Part shown: positions 11,386 through 24,727 of the stretch, in pieces | Layout of the letters: each line of letters starts with the position of its first letter | Position numbering within the stretch: position 1 is the first letter of the stretch | Origin: Marsupella aquatica | Lineage: Eukaryota > Plantae > Marchantiophyta | Assembly: GCA_973895155.1 (NCBI GenBank) | Contig: OZ316894.1 | Span: 17,886,563-17,950,562 of the forward strand | Reading direction: 5' to 3' | DNA: 64,000 bases | Position numbers and translations under genes: made by a program | The notes under the pieces: generated by a model | What the model was told of the DNA's origin: nothing | Database searches by the model: none | The model's input: only the letters and a program-made list of their open reading frames with translations

Positions 11386-13515
11386 ATTTTCTAGTTCTTT
11401 ATGTGAATAATATGCTCATAGTAGCAAAAAATAAATATGATGTTACTAAATTTAATATGAAATATTTGGATACATGCTAAGCAAATATTGGGACTGTCAA
11501 CAAAATATAGTCACTAGTTGGTTAATGAAATGATAAATATAATATAATGTATATGATCATTTTAATAATCATACATAACATATCATCCTCCTTCCTATGC
11601 ACATTTCTCTTTCCATGTACATATATATGGGTGGGGCCCTAGAGTCACAGTCTAGAGGTTTCACTTTAGAAGCCTGGACCTCAACTCTAGCTTCTATGTG
11701 CCTTTAAAAGTTAGATGGGAACCACATATGGAATAGTCTTTAAATTGGTGGATACTGTTTTTATAGGAAACTTTCAATTATTTTGAAGATGAAAAAATTA
11801 TCACCTGGGTGGAACCTCCTTGGCCAGGAGATTGGACCTGGGATAGACAAGTCTCAAGGTCAACTGCAAGAATGGCTTTGGGTTGTGTAATAAAAGAAGG
11901 CACCTTAGAGTATGGAGGAGAGTTCATGGGAAACTAATTATTGTTGTCCATTGGGTCTTGCCTTTCAATGTTGCCTGCTATAGTGCACAAAAGGTGAAAA
12001 TATGAGGGAGTATGTCATCAGGTTTCCAAATGACACCTACCATGCATGGATTTGCCATTTGCACAAGTGCAGAGCATTTGGGCATTAGGTGTCCCAGGAA
12101 ATGTAGCAGAGCTGTAGCAGTTATTCATTGTAACAAGTAATATTCTACATCAAGTTTCAAAAGTCAACCAGCATTAATTTGCACAAGTCCCATCCCAAAA
12201 TACTTGACACTAGCAAAATTAGAGGTCATTCTCTTATTGCCGAAATGGAAACATGCAAGCAAAAGCTATATTCAGAAACCTTTTGACAGAAAGCTGTTGA
12301 GATATTGTTAAAATGCGGTTATTCAGAAACCTTTCGACAGGAAGCTGTTGAGATATTTGTTTGAAAGTGGGATTTACTAGATTGTCATTCTTTTCCATCT
12401 ATTTATCACATTGCCATCCCTGGCCCTAATGCAGTACCAACACCAGCCACCTCAAGTCCCCACTGTCCTCTATGCACAAGAATCTCATGTTTCACAGCAT
12501 GACCTTGGACATCAGAGAATGAAGCCTGAATTGAAACATATCTCAGATCTGCTGCATTATGCTTGTACTGGTAGACTTCTACATTTTAGAAAGCAGTGTT
12601 ATGCTGTGGCTAGGGGTCGGAACCTGGTCTGTACAAATGCTAGGAGTAAGCTTTGCAGACAGTGTCTGGTTATAGGGCCAACAAACAAAAAAACTTTTCT
12701 TCTACATATGGAGGAGAGGAATAGTTAAGGTTTCACATTCTCACTCATATGGAGGTTATGGTGCGTAGTCTTGTCATATGATTTAGACTTCAGTACAGTG
12801 TATGAATTTAGGCACCAATCCTAATTTTGGATTTTTGCTGAGGTTTTGGCGGGATGTCTTCTTGTTGGAGTGAGTCAGCTCTTACATTTTGCAAAAAATC
12901 GTAGGTTCTATTGTTGGTGTGTGACGTCTATATACTTTTCACTATTATTCCTTTTTGGCCTTTGCCCTCAGATGTTGATATGTGACCTTTTCCAGGTCTT
13001 ACCCGTTACTCCCTATTTATTGGGTTTTACTTTTCTCAAAAGTAAAGTGTTCCCTTGAAGAAAATAACAGGGAAAAATGTTTCTCTGCTTCATGCCACAA
13101 GGTCACATTCACCATGGCCAAAAAGAAAAAATATTAAAACTAAAGTACCCATTATTGCAACATCAAAATATGATAATATATGGTGTATTATAATAACATT
13201 CAATTATTTTAACAAAATAATTGGGTTTATCATGGTATAGAGTGACATAGTACACTATATATTACCTCATTTTGATGAGCAATTATAGGGCTACATTTGG
13301 ATGTGTAATCAAGCTATTTTTCTTTGTAAGTTTCGTCTTGGTGGGTAACGTTTTGGTTACTTTCGCTCTTGCTTTTACCCTTGTCCTTGGGTCTGAATGC
13401 TTTTTGGGCTGTGGGTGTTTCACCTTCCATTTCACTGTATTTTATTTCTCTGAAATGTAAAGTGCTCCTTTCAAGATAAAATAAAAATTAAGTTGCCATC
13501 AGGTAGGGCCTTCCC

Positions 13516-13858
13516 GTACTGTGTACCAATACTCTACAGGGATCAGCAGGGCCGGTCAGCCTGTGGTGCACGCAACCCGGCAAATTGGGGACGGACACCC
13601 GTAAAGACAAATACCGCGGCCTTCCTTCACCACTCACTCGAGCCGCTCAAGGCCACAAGACCAGTACGGTATTTATGTACACTTAAACGTAAAATACGTA
13701 CATATCCCTGTACATTTAACAGTACATACGGCTCCGTCCCGTGACGCAATGAGCGACGGTATTGTCGTCACTGCAGTCCCTTGATTCTTGTCCCGTCGAT
13801 CGATTGACGGTGTGAGATGGTTCCCCGTCTCGACTCTCGACGGTGCGCTGGGTATAAA
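13516..13858 (+). promoter_or_regulatory. Metallothionein promoter with 7 GTAC cores (CuRE/SBP-box type), an MRE-like TGCACGC and a TATA box
   Basis: GTAC at 13516, 13523, 13664, 13677, 13698, 13710 and 13722; TGCACGC at 13567; TATAAA at 13853, ~150 bp upstream of the ATG. Confidence 0.65.
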
Positions 13859-14006
13859 GTCGCAGATCGGGTGTCCGGCTGCCAGACGATCGATCATCGT
13901 GCTTTGTAATTCAGAACTCTCCATATAGTTGTTCGATCAGCGACTTCGGAATTTGGAATTCCTTCGTTGTGTGTCTCTCTCTCTGTTGCTTCGTCGACCA
14001 GGAACG

Positions 14007-15337
14007 ATGTCGGGCTGCGGAAATGATAAGTGCACCTGTGGATCCGGCTGCAACGGCTGCAGGTTTGTGATCGATGGCTGGCTGGCTGGATGGATCGAAT
14101 TTTCGCTGCTTGAATGATAGTTTCTGAGACGATGGAATGACTGATTGTGTCGTTTCGTTTGTTCGATGAGTGCCCGAATTAGAAGAGTTCGTGAGACGAT
14201 GGAATGGTTGACCAGTGTTGTGTTTCGGATATTCGATGAGTGTTTTGTCGACGTGGGTGTGAGTCTGCTTTGGTGGTGTCGTGAGTCAATTGCAGCTTTT
14301 CAGTCAATTGTATTGATGATACTTGAAAATTTGCGGCCAGCTTGGGAGAACAATTGACTGAATGGCAGATTGATCGATTTATTGGTTGATTTTGTTCACC
14401 GTGAACGTCTATGGACGTGGGATTGGTGGTTTCGGCGTCAGATGATTTCGACGATTGAGTTGTCGCTGCTTTCAATTTGGCTTCCTTCGAGTCCGGAGTT
14501 TTGTTTAACCGATTCATGCTGGCTTTGTTTGGACGTCGTCGATCGAGTTTGGCTAGTTTCAAGTTTCTGTTCGAGCCCTGATATGGAGTGCATCAAATCG
14601 CTGCTACGGAGTGCTTACTGTGTTAGTGACTGATGGGTGACTGTACAATTAACGGATTATGGTTTACTCCCCTGTTCTCGGATGGATATTTTGCGCACGT
14701 AGAATTGTCTTGATTTTGATTTTGATCTGTTCCGAGGGTCTCTGGTACTCTCATCAAAATATATCTCGGACTCTAAGTTCTCATCCCTCTTTGACTATCG
14801 TTACCTGTTGATTTTGTTGACCTTTCCTTGGGTGTCCAAAATGACAGAGGCACATTGTGAATAAGAATTGACTTTTAGATTCCTGTGATCTGTTTGGCAT
14901 CTTAGTTGAGCTTGTCGGGACAGATGCTTACCATTGATCACTTGTACAGCAACGCCAGTCCTGTCAATTGTATGTTCGCTAACTCATGAATCGTCTCTTA
15001 TTGCAGCTGCAGCAGGAACATGGACGACTCCATGCTGACCGTGGGGTCAGTATTCAAGTTCCCTGAGGCGATTGCTGCCTTATGCCTTCGTTTTCATCCG
15101 CGTGATCGTCTATTCGTTGGAGAGGGTCGCGTCATGAACATTATTTGTACAATTGCTTCCTTTCGGGCGTAGACTGACTTTGTCATTTAGAATTGCGGCA
15201 AGTTTGCGAACTAATTTTTGGCGCTTGTGAATATGGTACTGCGCAGCTTTGAATGCGACAAGGACGGATGCTCCTGCTCTTCCTGCAGCAATTGCGCACC
15301 AAGCTGCAGCTGCACCTCGTGCTCGTCTGCCCACTGA
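14007..15337 (+). CDS. Metallothionein, 61 aa, 3 exons (14007-14062, 15007-15045, 15247-15337)
   Basis: GT-AG introns splice in frame to MSGCGNDKCTCGSGCNGCSCSRNMDDSMLTVGFECDKDGCSCSSCSNCAPSCSCTSCSSAH*, with 14 Cys in two clusters. Confidence 0.9.
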
Positions 15338-17214
15338 ACCGTAGGGTGTGCGATATAGTGACAGGACGTGTACGAATCGCCCGTGAAGGCAGTTCATACC
15401 ATTAGCTCCAAAACTCTAACATCTCAGGAACGGCTCAATTTACGATTCAGGGACGGTTCAGTTCACGATTCTTCCAAGGCAAAGTCACCTGCGAAGGTTC
15501 TCTACCCTTTCTGGACGAGGTGTCGCACCTTGGAAAACTGTACTTGGATTTTCGAACATAAACTTGTGTAAAGTCTGACTTCAGTGGTGTCGCTGATCGT
15601 TCCTGCATACTTCGCCACTTTTTGTCTGTTTTAAGTTTTGAGTTGCGTGATTTTTACGGGACTAGTCTCCCATGTTCTTACTCTGTCGTGAGTGATCAAT
15701 CTTGAAGCATAAGTGGTACCAACTCTGATTTTGCGTAGAGATATCGGGCAAAGCTAATCTGAAGCTGTGATTGCCCTTCTACTGGGAAGCTCGAAGTAAG
15801 AAGCTCCAGTAGTGAAATGTCCTTTCGCTTAGGACTGGGTAAGGCATTTGCTGTAATTTGCGTCTATTTTGCGAAAATCCGCTATTCATGCAGCTCAGCC
15901 CAGGCAGCTGCTGCTTGAAGTCCTCAATGACATTCCCGACCAAATTTCGCTTGACATATCCTTTGAGATGGCCTGCGTTACAATACGCGTGGTTCTACAT
16001 AATCCCAAAATCTGCTATCAATGCGTGCAGCTCAGCCCTTATATTTTAATTAGTTTTTTCTATGCCGTTGAATTGATAGCTGCTTAAAAGTCCTAGTGAC
16101 ATCTCCCCACCTGCACATGCAGGAGATTACCTGGGTTACAAAAGGCGGGATTTGACGTGTACCGTATGGTCTTTGTATCGCAAGCGTCCCTGGTGGGAAA
16201 AGCTCTTACTATCATCAATACAATATTTCCATCGGGCTTTATAGCCTCAAAACTTTCCATCGGCTGGGAGAATTACAGATCTTCCATTCAGTTGAGCCGG
16301 TTCTCCAAAAGGCAGAATCCCGTCAGAATCTGATGAGCTTTTGTGTATCTTCATCGATCAGTCAACGCATGCTTGAATTCTCATCGTTAAATGGATGGTT
16401 GTACAACATTCAGCTGTACCCACCATGATTCCCTTGAAGGACAACGGTGCGATGGGATAATGACGGCTTCGATCACATGCCTGTAACAAAGCAAAGATGC
16501 ATCTGAACAGGCAAGAATCTAAAAGAGAAGTAGCCTGTCATTAAAAAGAAGAATCAAACTTCATCTACCGAGTAAAGTACACAGGAAAGTCTTGCTAACC
16601 GCGGGAAGTCTTCCGTTCCCCCGGGCTAACTTGGACAAAGACACATGAAATGCACCACTTTCAATCAGTTCTTTGAAGTTGGTGAAACTCAACATTGGAA
16701 CAACTGAAGTTGACTTGACATCCTGAAACTCGACACTTCTAGTGGAAATCGAGCTCTCGCAAATCATTTCGGGGGGGGGGAGGTTCTTAGGTGTTTGTCC
16801 CTGAACACCGCTTTACCGAGTTGAAGGAGCCCTTATATAGTTAAGGGCAGTGCTGATTGCATTGATCGAATAATAGAACCGGGCAACAACAACGTTTTGC
16901 AGGGCTTGAAAATATCTACAATTCATATTTCTCGGTTGGGGTTCAAACGATTTTGAGCCGAATTTTGGAGATTCCGGCGAAAATCGTAAGAAATGTGAAT
17001 TTCCGTGTGCAAGTGTATAAAATCTTGACGCATTAGCTTTTTAAGCTGCCAATCTAGTGCTCTTAATTCACGCCCATTGCAAATTCTATTTCTGCGTTGG
17101 ATCCAACGTCCAATCATCTTGCAGCAGTTGGCAGAGACTCACTCAGTTACCTTCCGAAGAAACTGTCTGTAGATGCGAATGTTTATCTACATGGCATCAC
17201 AGACTAGAACGCGT

Positions 17215-17765
17215 CCTTTGCGTGAACCAGGTGTTTCATCGAAATCGATTATTGAGCGGATGACATCACAGGTAAGAATGCCACCATTGTCTGAACCAAA
17301 TGCCTCGTCGAAATCGTCTAATCGAATTGGTTATTGAGTAGTGCAGCGTGTACGACAGGGAAAATGGCTGGCATGCATCCTTTGTCTGAACCAAGTGGCT
17401 CGTCGAAATCGTGTCCAATCGAAATAGACTTCAGCTCTTCAGCTTCTACAAAAGGCTGATGATGACACCACAGGCTAGAATGCATCGTCTGTCTGAACCA
17501 AGTGCCTCGTCGAAATCGTCCAATCGAAATCGGTTATTGAGTAGTTTCAGCGTCTTCAAATGGGGAAAATGACAACACAGTACAATTCATTCGTTATCTA
17601 GCTGAACCAGGTACCTCTTCGAAATCGTCCAATCAAAATCTGTTATTGAGCAGTTCAGCATCTACAGAAAGGCAAATGACGACAGACTAAGCGTATCCTT
17701 TGTCCGAACCAGGTGTCTTCGTTGACTTCGTCCAAACGAGATCGGTTGTTGAGCATTTCAGCGGC
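17215..17765. repeat. Six degenerate ~70-110-bp tandem units, possibly a decayed LRR-like coding region on the minus strand
   Basis: Recurring TGTCTGAACCAAGTGCCTCGTCGAAATCGTCCAATCGAAATCGGTTATTGAG. Minus-strand translation gives FPHLKTLKLLNNRF-like units, with stops and frameshifts. Confidence 0.6.
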
Positions 17766-19078
17766 TATGGATGTACTGTCTGCTGAAACCTCTCAATCCA
17801 AGTATGGATACGGTATCCAAGCGGGCAATTTGGTAAACAGATCGCTGATCGACTGCCGGAAACAGAGGGAATTAGTTCATGTTGAAAGCCCATATTCTGA
17901 GAACCCACCCACTCCCCAGAAGGTTGAGGGGAGGATTCTGGCTCTTCAAAGTTCGGGTTGGAGTCCATACCGGGGAGTAGAGCCAAGCAATGGCAGGGAT
18001 TCTTTCGAAGCCATTTCGAGTGACGTAGTACGTCGTCCAGCCTTTCAGCGTTTGGTGGCAATCTTGTTCGAAGATTGTACTAGAGGTTGAGGTCAAAGGC
18101 GTTGAGCTTAAGCTAGGCAAACAGTGTCATCAATTGATAGCATCCTCAATCCCATCTTGGAAGTACAATATTGGATTTGTCATGGAGGGTACCAATTTTC
18201 CTCCAAGCAATAGCAAGTTCACATGTGCAGGTTGATGAAAAGGAACTTTTCAGCTCATCCGGAGGAGTGGCTATGACCACTGCATTGTCTGGCCTGTGAA
18301 GAAGCCCCGTTTCATCGATACCTTACCTGCAGCACATGTGACGGACAGAGATTGTTCTTTGAGATTCGGACTACAGTTTGTGTAATTTAGCAGACCCTCG
18401 GGAATCTTCCAATTTCCCTTTTTGACTTGTCAAAGGTCATCTCCAAAACCTTCTATTGACATTGACCCAGCCAGGCCACTAAGAGGGCGACCCAGCCATG
18501 CCACTAATAGGGCGTATCAAAGCTGACAAATTATGGATCCATCAAAGATGACAAATTATAGATGATGAGCCATAAAGGGATGGTCATAACTCTTGCATAA
18601 GGTAGTGCTAAAAGATTTTTAAATTTTTTTTCACCAGTCTCTACAGTGACTAGTGGTAATGACTGACCAATTCTTATGGTAATTTTTGAAGCTGCTATAT
18701 GGTGAATCCAACTCTCATGTTTTGTCTTATTCATATTTGTGTATCATGAATTTTTATTTGAATGTACCTTAACAAGGGGCATCCTTTGTATCACATATAT
18801 TTTTAATTCATTTTTGGACCCCTTTAAATTTTTGGTATTCTATAGTGTTTTGAATTTATTTTGGCAGCCCCCTTAATTTGTATAATTTGTAAACTTTGTT
18901 AAGTCCTAGAGAGAAAACTAAGGGTTTCATTTTCTACCCCTTTTAAGTATACTCATGAGTGAGAGGAATGATTCTAAGAAATGTCAGCACATCCTGTCTT
19001 AAGCTCCCCTTGTGTCTTTCTTTCCTAAGTTTATGGTTTTTATTGAATAAGAGTCATTAATAAGACACACTGAAATAC

Positions 19079-19278
19079 GTGCACAACTCATAGTATCTTT
19101 GTGTAATAGAATTGTACTTTCCATTGGTCACTATGTGCTTTTATTACATGTGCTTTATTGATGTTATTTGATTTCATTGTGCACAACTCGTAGCAACTTT
19201 GTGTAATGAAATTGTACTTTCCATTGGTCACTATGTGCTTTTATTGTATGTACTTTATTTATATTATTTGATTTCATT
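19079..19278. repeat. 100-bp tandem duplication (2 copies)
   Basis: GTGCACAACTC...ATTTGATTTCATT at 19079 and 19179. Confidence 0.9.
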
Positions 19279-21469
19279 CACATTTAATATGTATTCTAGT
19301 CTTACTCTTTAATTTTGTCCACTTAATATCACTACAAGACAAAAAGTAAAACATGTTCCAGGATGAGCATGCTATATGGCAAAAAGTTATGGACTATGAA
19401 TTTTTTGATCCTTAACTTCTTGTGTCTTTAGCCTGTAACTAGTGAGTTAAAGTCCATCAAGTTATCAGCTTTGAGAAACCCTAATACTAACATTGTGCCC
19501 ATAATTGATACTCAACATAAATGAGTGATGGCACATTGATACTCTTCGTCTTAGAGTTGGTAAGAAATGAACAAGAAAGAAGAGTAACAAATAGTCAATT
19601 GAACAGGGTCTCGTCGAAGCTGTGGATAATGTAAAATCCATGGCCTGTTGTTAGCAAAAAACCCCGGGCAAAAAAGTGCTGTTGCCAACTCGGGGTTCTG
19701 CATACTTTGAGTCTGTATCCCGCACCATGAAATCTCGTTCCAACTAAAAGTCCTCTCCATTAAAGTTTGAGATGCCCTAATGAAGGGGGGGCAACCAAAG
19801 TGCAGGAAAACCCTAGGGACCAGGCAAAAGCCCACAACAAATAGTCGGGAGTAGTTATATATCGTTTCAACGATTGTCCGGGTATTAGGGTTTTGTAGAT
19901 TAGGGTTTGGATATTAGGGTTATGGACAGGGAATAGCGTGGCCGACTGTTAACTTACTAATAAAAATGCAGGCTCGAAGTCATTGTTGAACGCAGCTCAA
20001 ACCCTTCACTCCAACCGAGCCCAGGAGCAGAGGCTACTGGGTGGTGGCAGACTTCTGAACTTTTTGTTTCGACGGAGCCTCTCTGATTGTTTCTTCAGTG
20101 TGGGATTTACTCTCCTTCTTCCGGTTTTGGTTTTGCTATCCGTATTGGTCCTTCTTTCGTTTTGGTTTCGACTGCATTTTTATTTTTTTTGGCGTAAGGT
20201 TTTTGATCCTTCTTCTTGTTTCTATACTTACCCAACCTTTTTTCATCTTTTTTCTTGTCTGTTGAATCACCCAATCGTCTCTGTACATGTCGTTGATAGT
20301 CTTTCTCTCGTGAATATAGTCATTTGACATTCGCGGACCATTGATGTATGGACTTCGGACGGAGCCTTGAATGATAAGGAATCATGATATCAAGGGCGTC
20401 AAGGTTTTGTCAATATGGTAGTGTGGCTAGTTGACAGCTGATGATTGTATTTCTAACGGAGCCTGTATTGTAGTCTGATTACGACTGCCAAGGTTGTAGT
20501 AGAGGGTTACTGGTTCAAGTTTGATTTGTCTTCACCGCTGGAAGGCATCGATGATTGGGGATCTTCTCTACAGTGAAAATCTGTGATCATTCGGATGCCA
20601 ATAACAACCGCTCCAGAAATTTCTGGAGCAGCGGCCAGACAACCGTAGGGCTATTTCCACAGAGCTTGAGTGCATTTGTCCTCCTGTTCTACTAAAGTCA
20701 CAGCCCAAATTTCCTTCTCTTGCGGATTAGATTATCTTCTCTCGCACCCGTTATGTTCTTGATGTATTTCATTCCCCTTAGCTTTTCAGCAAAGGATATC
20801 GTATGCGTATGCGACAAGTAGTGTGCCAGTCGATTTTTAATTATCCGTTGACGATGGCATTGTGATGAGACCGGTTTTCAAGAATCTTGACTCCCGTCCT
20901 TCGGCCCGCCGAGATACGCATTTCGTTGTGCATTTGGGGCAGTCGATCGCCTTGGCTGATCTTGTGGCGGGTCAGGGAACGGCGTGAGTCCCTGTCAAAC
21001 CCACTTTTGGTCCCTGCTACCTGATTGCTGTGTACCCACGTTTAACCGTGACAGTTGTGCTTGCTTGCTTGTTTGTTTACAGAGTTAAACGTGCAGTTTA
21101 GGGAGTTCATTAGCATATATGTATGCTGACTTCGCGGTGTTGGTTTTAGCGAGTGTGCTGAAGTCATGTAGTTCTACAAATCCTGTCTGGGCGATTGACC
21201 TCCCTTACGGTTCAGATGCAGAGGGATATGCTCACTTACAACATAATTATCTTTGAACGTTTCAGCGAAGACTGACCTGGAAGTGTACACAATCATCACG
21301 ACGAGCTCCGTTCTTCCATGGACTGTCTTCACATTAGCAACAGGGAGAACGCATCTTTTAATGGATGACAACAGCAGTGAGAAAAATAGATTCAATGAAT
21401 GATAATAGCAGTGTGAAAAATACCCCATAGGATTTATGCAGCTTTACATTAGATAGTGCAGAAACGCCC

Positions 21470-22420
21470 TACTTGGAGGCCAATGAAACACCGGCCACTG
21501 TTACTCTGTCAGGGCTCCCTATCAATGTCGATGCTTTTCAAATTGTTTGTGTTGCAGAAGGGGAGCTTTCGATCTTAGTTGATCATTTATCGATACATTT
21601 TTGTGGCAGCAGTATGGGCACTCTGAGGTTGGACATTAGTCTTCGGCCATTTCCCGCAGGTTGTCAAATTTGTTTGACTGCAGGAGGGGTGCAGTGCATT
21701 CAACCTCACTGTTCTTCCTGAATGCCACCTTGGGTCAGTCGGGTTTGTTAATCATGCTGTGTTTGTGTTTATTATGTTTGATGTTGAATGGTTTTCGCCT
21801 GGAGGATGTCTCCTTCTCCTCTTTTGCAGCCAGTCATTTTGAATACGCCAACATTACTGTCTTCGAATCAATTGAACGAAAAATCCTGGAATGGATTGTA
21901 TGGATCAGTTCCATTTGATTGTAGGGAGAGGTGAATTATGACTTTGAGCCCAACCGGTAGCTGCTCGTACTTCATGGTGTCACGGGTGGATAATTAAGAG
22001 TAGCAAAGGAATAGATTGTGTTCCCATCAACACAATGACTCCCTAAACTTTTGCCATTGTGTTGATGTGAAGGCAAGCATGTCTTTGCGTGCAGAGCAAG
22101 TTTCCACAAGCTTTGGTCATTTGCATCATTTGCTGCTTTGCAAACGCAGAGGAATGTTATGCACACACTTTGAGCCCAAAGAAGTCGAACTTTGATGTTG
22201 TACGATGACTACAAGGAGTCGAAGCTTGAGCAGAAGGCTGTAAGAGTATTGCAACTGCCACTAGAGACCTGGTCTTTTTGTAGGAGAGCCCAATTTTGTG
22301 GATTGCTTCCACAAAGTCAGAGCATGGCTGATGGATATGCAAGAAAAGCTGTATGTGCTACATCCATTTCATTTCCAACAATGTCTGCCTCTAATGTCTC
22401 TACACTTGATTCTTAATGTG
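21470..22420 (+). pseudogene. Possible decayed BTB/POZ(-BACK)-like gene fragments
   Basis: Weak resemblance only: EANETPATVTLSGLPINVDAFQIV..GELSI, ASHFEYA and VLQLPLE lie in broken frames. Confidence 0.25.
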
Positions 22421-23329
22421 TGAGCAATGTGTGCAAGCTGGTCTGAATGAAGACCCAGATGAACACCTCCGATGGCAGTGATTAGGAGCCTAGGCCTAAG
22501 AAGTGAGTTAGATGATGAACCGAAAGCCTGACAGTAATATACTCCAAACATGCACATTACTTTACGGCTTGTGCCGTTTATATATATCCACTAGCATCCA
22601 AAGTCCAGAGATCTGAGTTCAGATTCTATTGCAATATGCCACTCCAAGACCTACATGCGCATGCAATTTGATAGCAGGATACCTTTCGCCTTTGGCAAAT
22701 ATTCAACGATTGATTCCCGTCTACTTATGCTGTGTGAGCCTCGAATACCGGAAAGTTTTTCCTGATAGACCTCTCCTCTTGTGTCGCCTGTCAAGGGCAG
22801 TTGGTCCTTGCCAAGCACAAAGCCATAATTGCAAAGAACCAAGGCAATGTGAAGTATTTAAAATACTTGGTGCACATGAGCACTAGCTTTTGGAGAAAGG
22901 AGCAGCTACCACATTAGATGATCAGGCTTAAAAATATGAACTTGAATCGGGGCAAAATTTCCACCACACAGCACAGAGTAAGCTTAGTTAGAAAGACAAC
23001 ATTCGAGCGCGCGATGCACACAAGATAAGTTGGAGCCTCTTCAGCTGGCTCCAAGACCTGGTCAAAGAATGCTATGAAAAGTATAGCCAGAACTGAGTGA
23101 CACCTTTTGTCCACGTACAGGAATGATTTGCACTTAGGTGTCAGATAATACCTCTTGGGGCTCGTCAACACAAACCCTTTGTGGAGACTTTGATTAAAAT
23201 AATCATCAAATCATTTCACATTACAATTGAGTATGAATTAGACTGTACCCATAACTTTTTGTAGTTATCTGGTTCCTGAGTATCATACGACACTTCCCCT
23301 TGCAAGGATATTCTCAGCTGTCAGAGTAA

Positions 23330-24727
23330 CTATTGAACCCAAGTTTGGCTTTGTTCACCGACATTTGCTGGAGTGGAAGGTACAGTATTCGTTCCAGTGG
23401 TCACCAAGGAGCTTCTGCTTTGGTGGCCATTAACTCCTGTCGTTTTCCAACTCTTGACGTCGTTAAAGGACTTCCAGTCTACATTGCCATCAAGATCCTC
23501 TTTTGGTGGCGCAACACGGAGGCAAAAGATGCATTCAAGTCTCGTGAAGGCCAACTCCTTCTTTTTAGCCGCTGCAAAGTACTTCTTTCCCTGTGTGAGA
23601 ATGGCAGCCTTCTCCTTCGAAATGAACTCCATCGTCTCCTTCAAAAACTCTACAGACTTTTTATGATGCTTGACTATATACGCCTTTTCCTTGGACACAA
23701 ATTTCTCAAAGGCTACTTTCCAAAGTTCTCTCGTCTCCAACTTCTCTGCATCCTTCACTATGAGCTGTCCGACTGCAATGGACTCCCTCTGCTGGCTGAA
23801 GACATGAATTGTCTTTTCTCTTGAGAAAGTGTTTGTTGGTCCTGAGAAAGAGTCAATGAGGTCCGATGTGTCACCTGAGAAACTCTTCCGCAGGACTACT
23901 GAGGTGTCAATTGGGATGTCTTTTTCTGGAGGAGGGGTGGCCGTTAGTTGAGCTACGGCAGCAGTAGAAGCAGTAGTAGAAAAGACAGCCCTCGCATAAA
24001 TGCCTGTATTATCCAAATATCTGCGAGGGACTCTCAATTTTGGTGTTGAGGGTGCTGGCCTATAAGGTCGGTTTGTGTGCATTCTTGCAAGAGCATCCTT
24101 TGCTCTTGCTAGAGCTTCTGCGGGCAAACAAGGTGTCGAACATCTTGACTCTGACAACCTGTCGAAAGAGTCTATGGATGAGCCCGGTCCGGATTTTGTC
24201 ACTATGTCAGTCATCTGCTGCACTCTTGCCACAGCCTCCTTTGCTCTTGCGAGGGCTTCTGAGGCTGAAGATGGTGTGGTGCATCTAGATTCCACCAATT
24301 TCTCAGAGGCTTCTGGGGACGAGAGTTGTCTCGCCTTTGTTGTTCCCTCAGACGGTTCTGGGGACGAGAGTTGTCTCGCCTTTGTTGTCCCCTCAGACGG
24401 TTCTGGGGACTGCCTTGTCTTCGTTGTTGTCTTAGAAGCGTCTGTGGAGGAAAGGTGTCTGGTCGTTGTTGTTTCGGAGGCGTCTGTGGACGAAAGGTGT
24501 CTAGTCTTTGTTCCTGTTTCTGAGCCTTGCGCAGGTGACTCTGGTCTGGAGCATCTAGCTTTGGTGTCTGTCTCTGGGACTTGGATGGGCGAGACCGGCC
24601 TAGAGCACCTCACCTTGATTGCCAACTCAAAGTCTTCTGAGCTTGCTGGCGATCCGGGTGGCCTCTGGCATTTCACCTTTATGACCCTCGTGTCTGCAAC
24701 GGTATTACATTCAGTGTCAAGAAGCAA
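23330..24727 (-). CDS. Uncharacterised Ser/Thr/Pro-rich repeat protein (large exon; start probably upstream)
   Basis: 465-codon open frame with internal repeats (CSRPxSP, TKARQLSSPEPSEGT, SRCxTP..EALARAK) and a basic, helical-looking C-terminal part. No ATG at the ORF start. Confidence 0.6.
   Translation of the reverse strand: MLLDTECNTVADTRVIKVKCQRPPGSPASSEDFELAIKVRCSRPVSPIQVPETDTKARCSRPESPAQGSETGTKTRHLSSTDASETTTTRHLSSTDASKTTTKTRQSPEPSEGTTKARQLSSPEPSEGTTKARQLSSPEASEKLVESRCTTPSSASEALARAKEAVARVQQMTDIVTKSGPGSSIDSFDRLSESRCSTPCLPAEALARAKDALARMHTNRPYRPAPSTPKLRVPRRYLDNTGIYARAVFSTTASTAAVAQLTATPPPEKDIPIDTSVVLRKSFSGDTSDLIDSFSGPTNTFSREKTIHVFSQQRESIAVGQLIVKDAEKLETRELWKVAFEKFVSKEKAYIVKHHKKSVEFLKETMEFISKEKAAILTQGKKYFAAAKKKELAFTRLECIFCLRVAPPKEDLDGNVDWKSFNDVKSWKTTGVNGHQSRSSLVTTGTNTVPSTPANVGEQSQTWVQ

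Noticed and set aside
19805-19925. Telomere-like TAGGGTTT motifs
   Set aside because: Only 3-4 dispersed telo-box-like copies, not a telomeric array.
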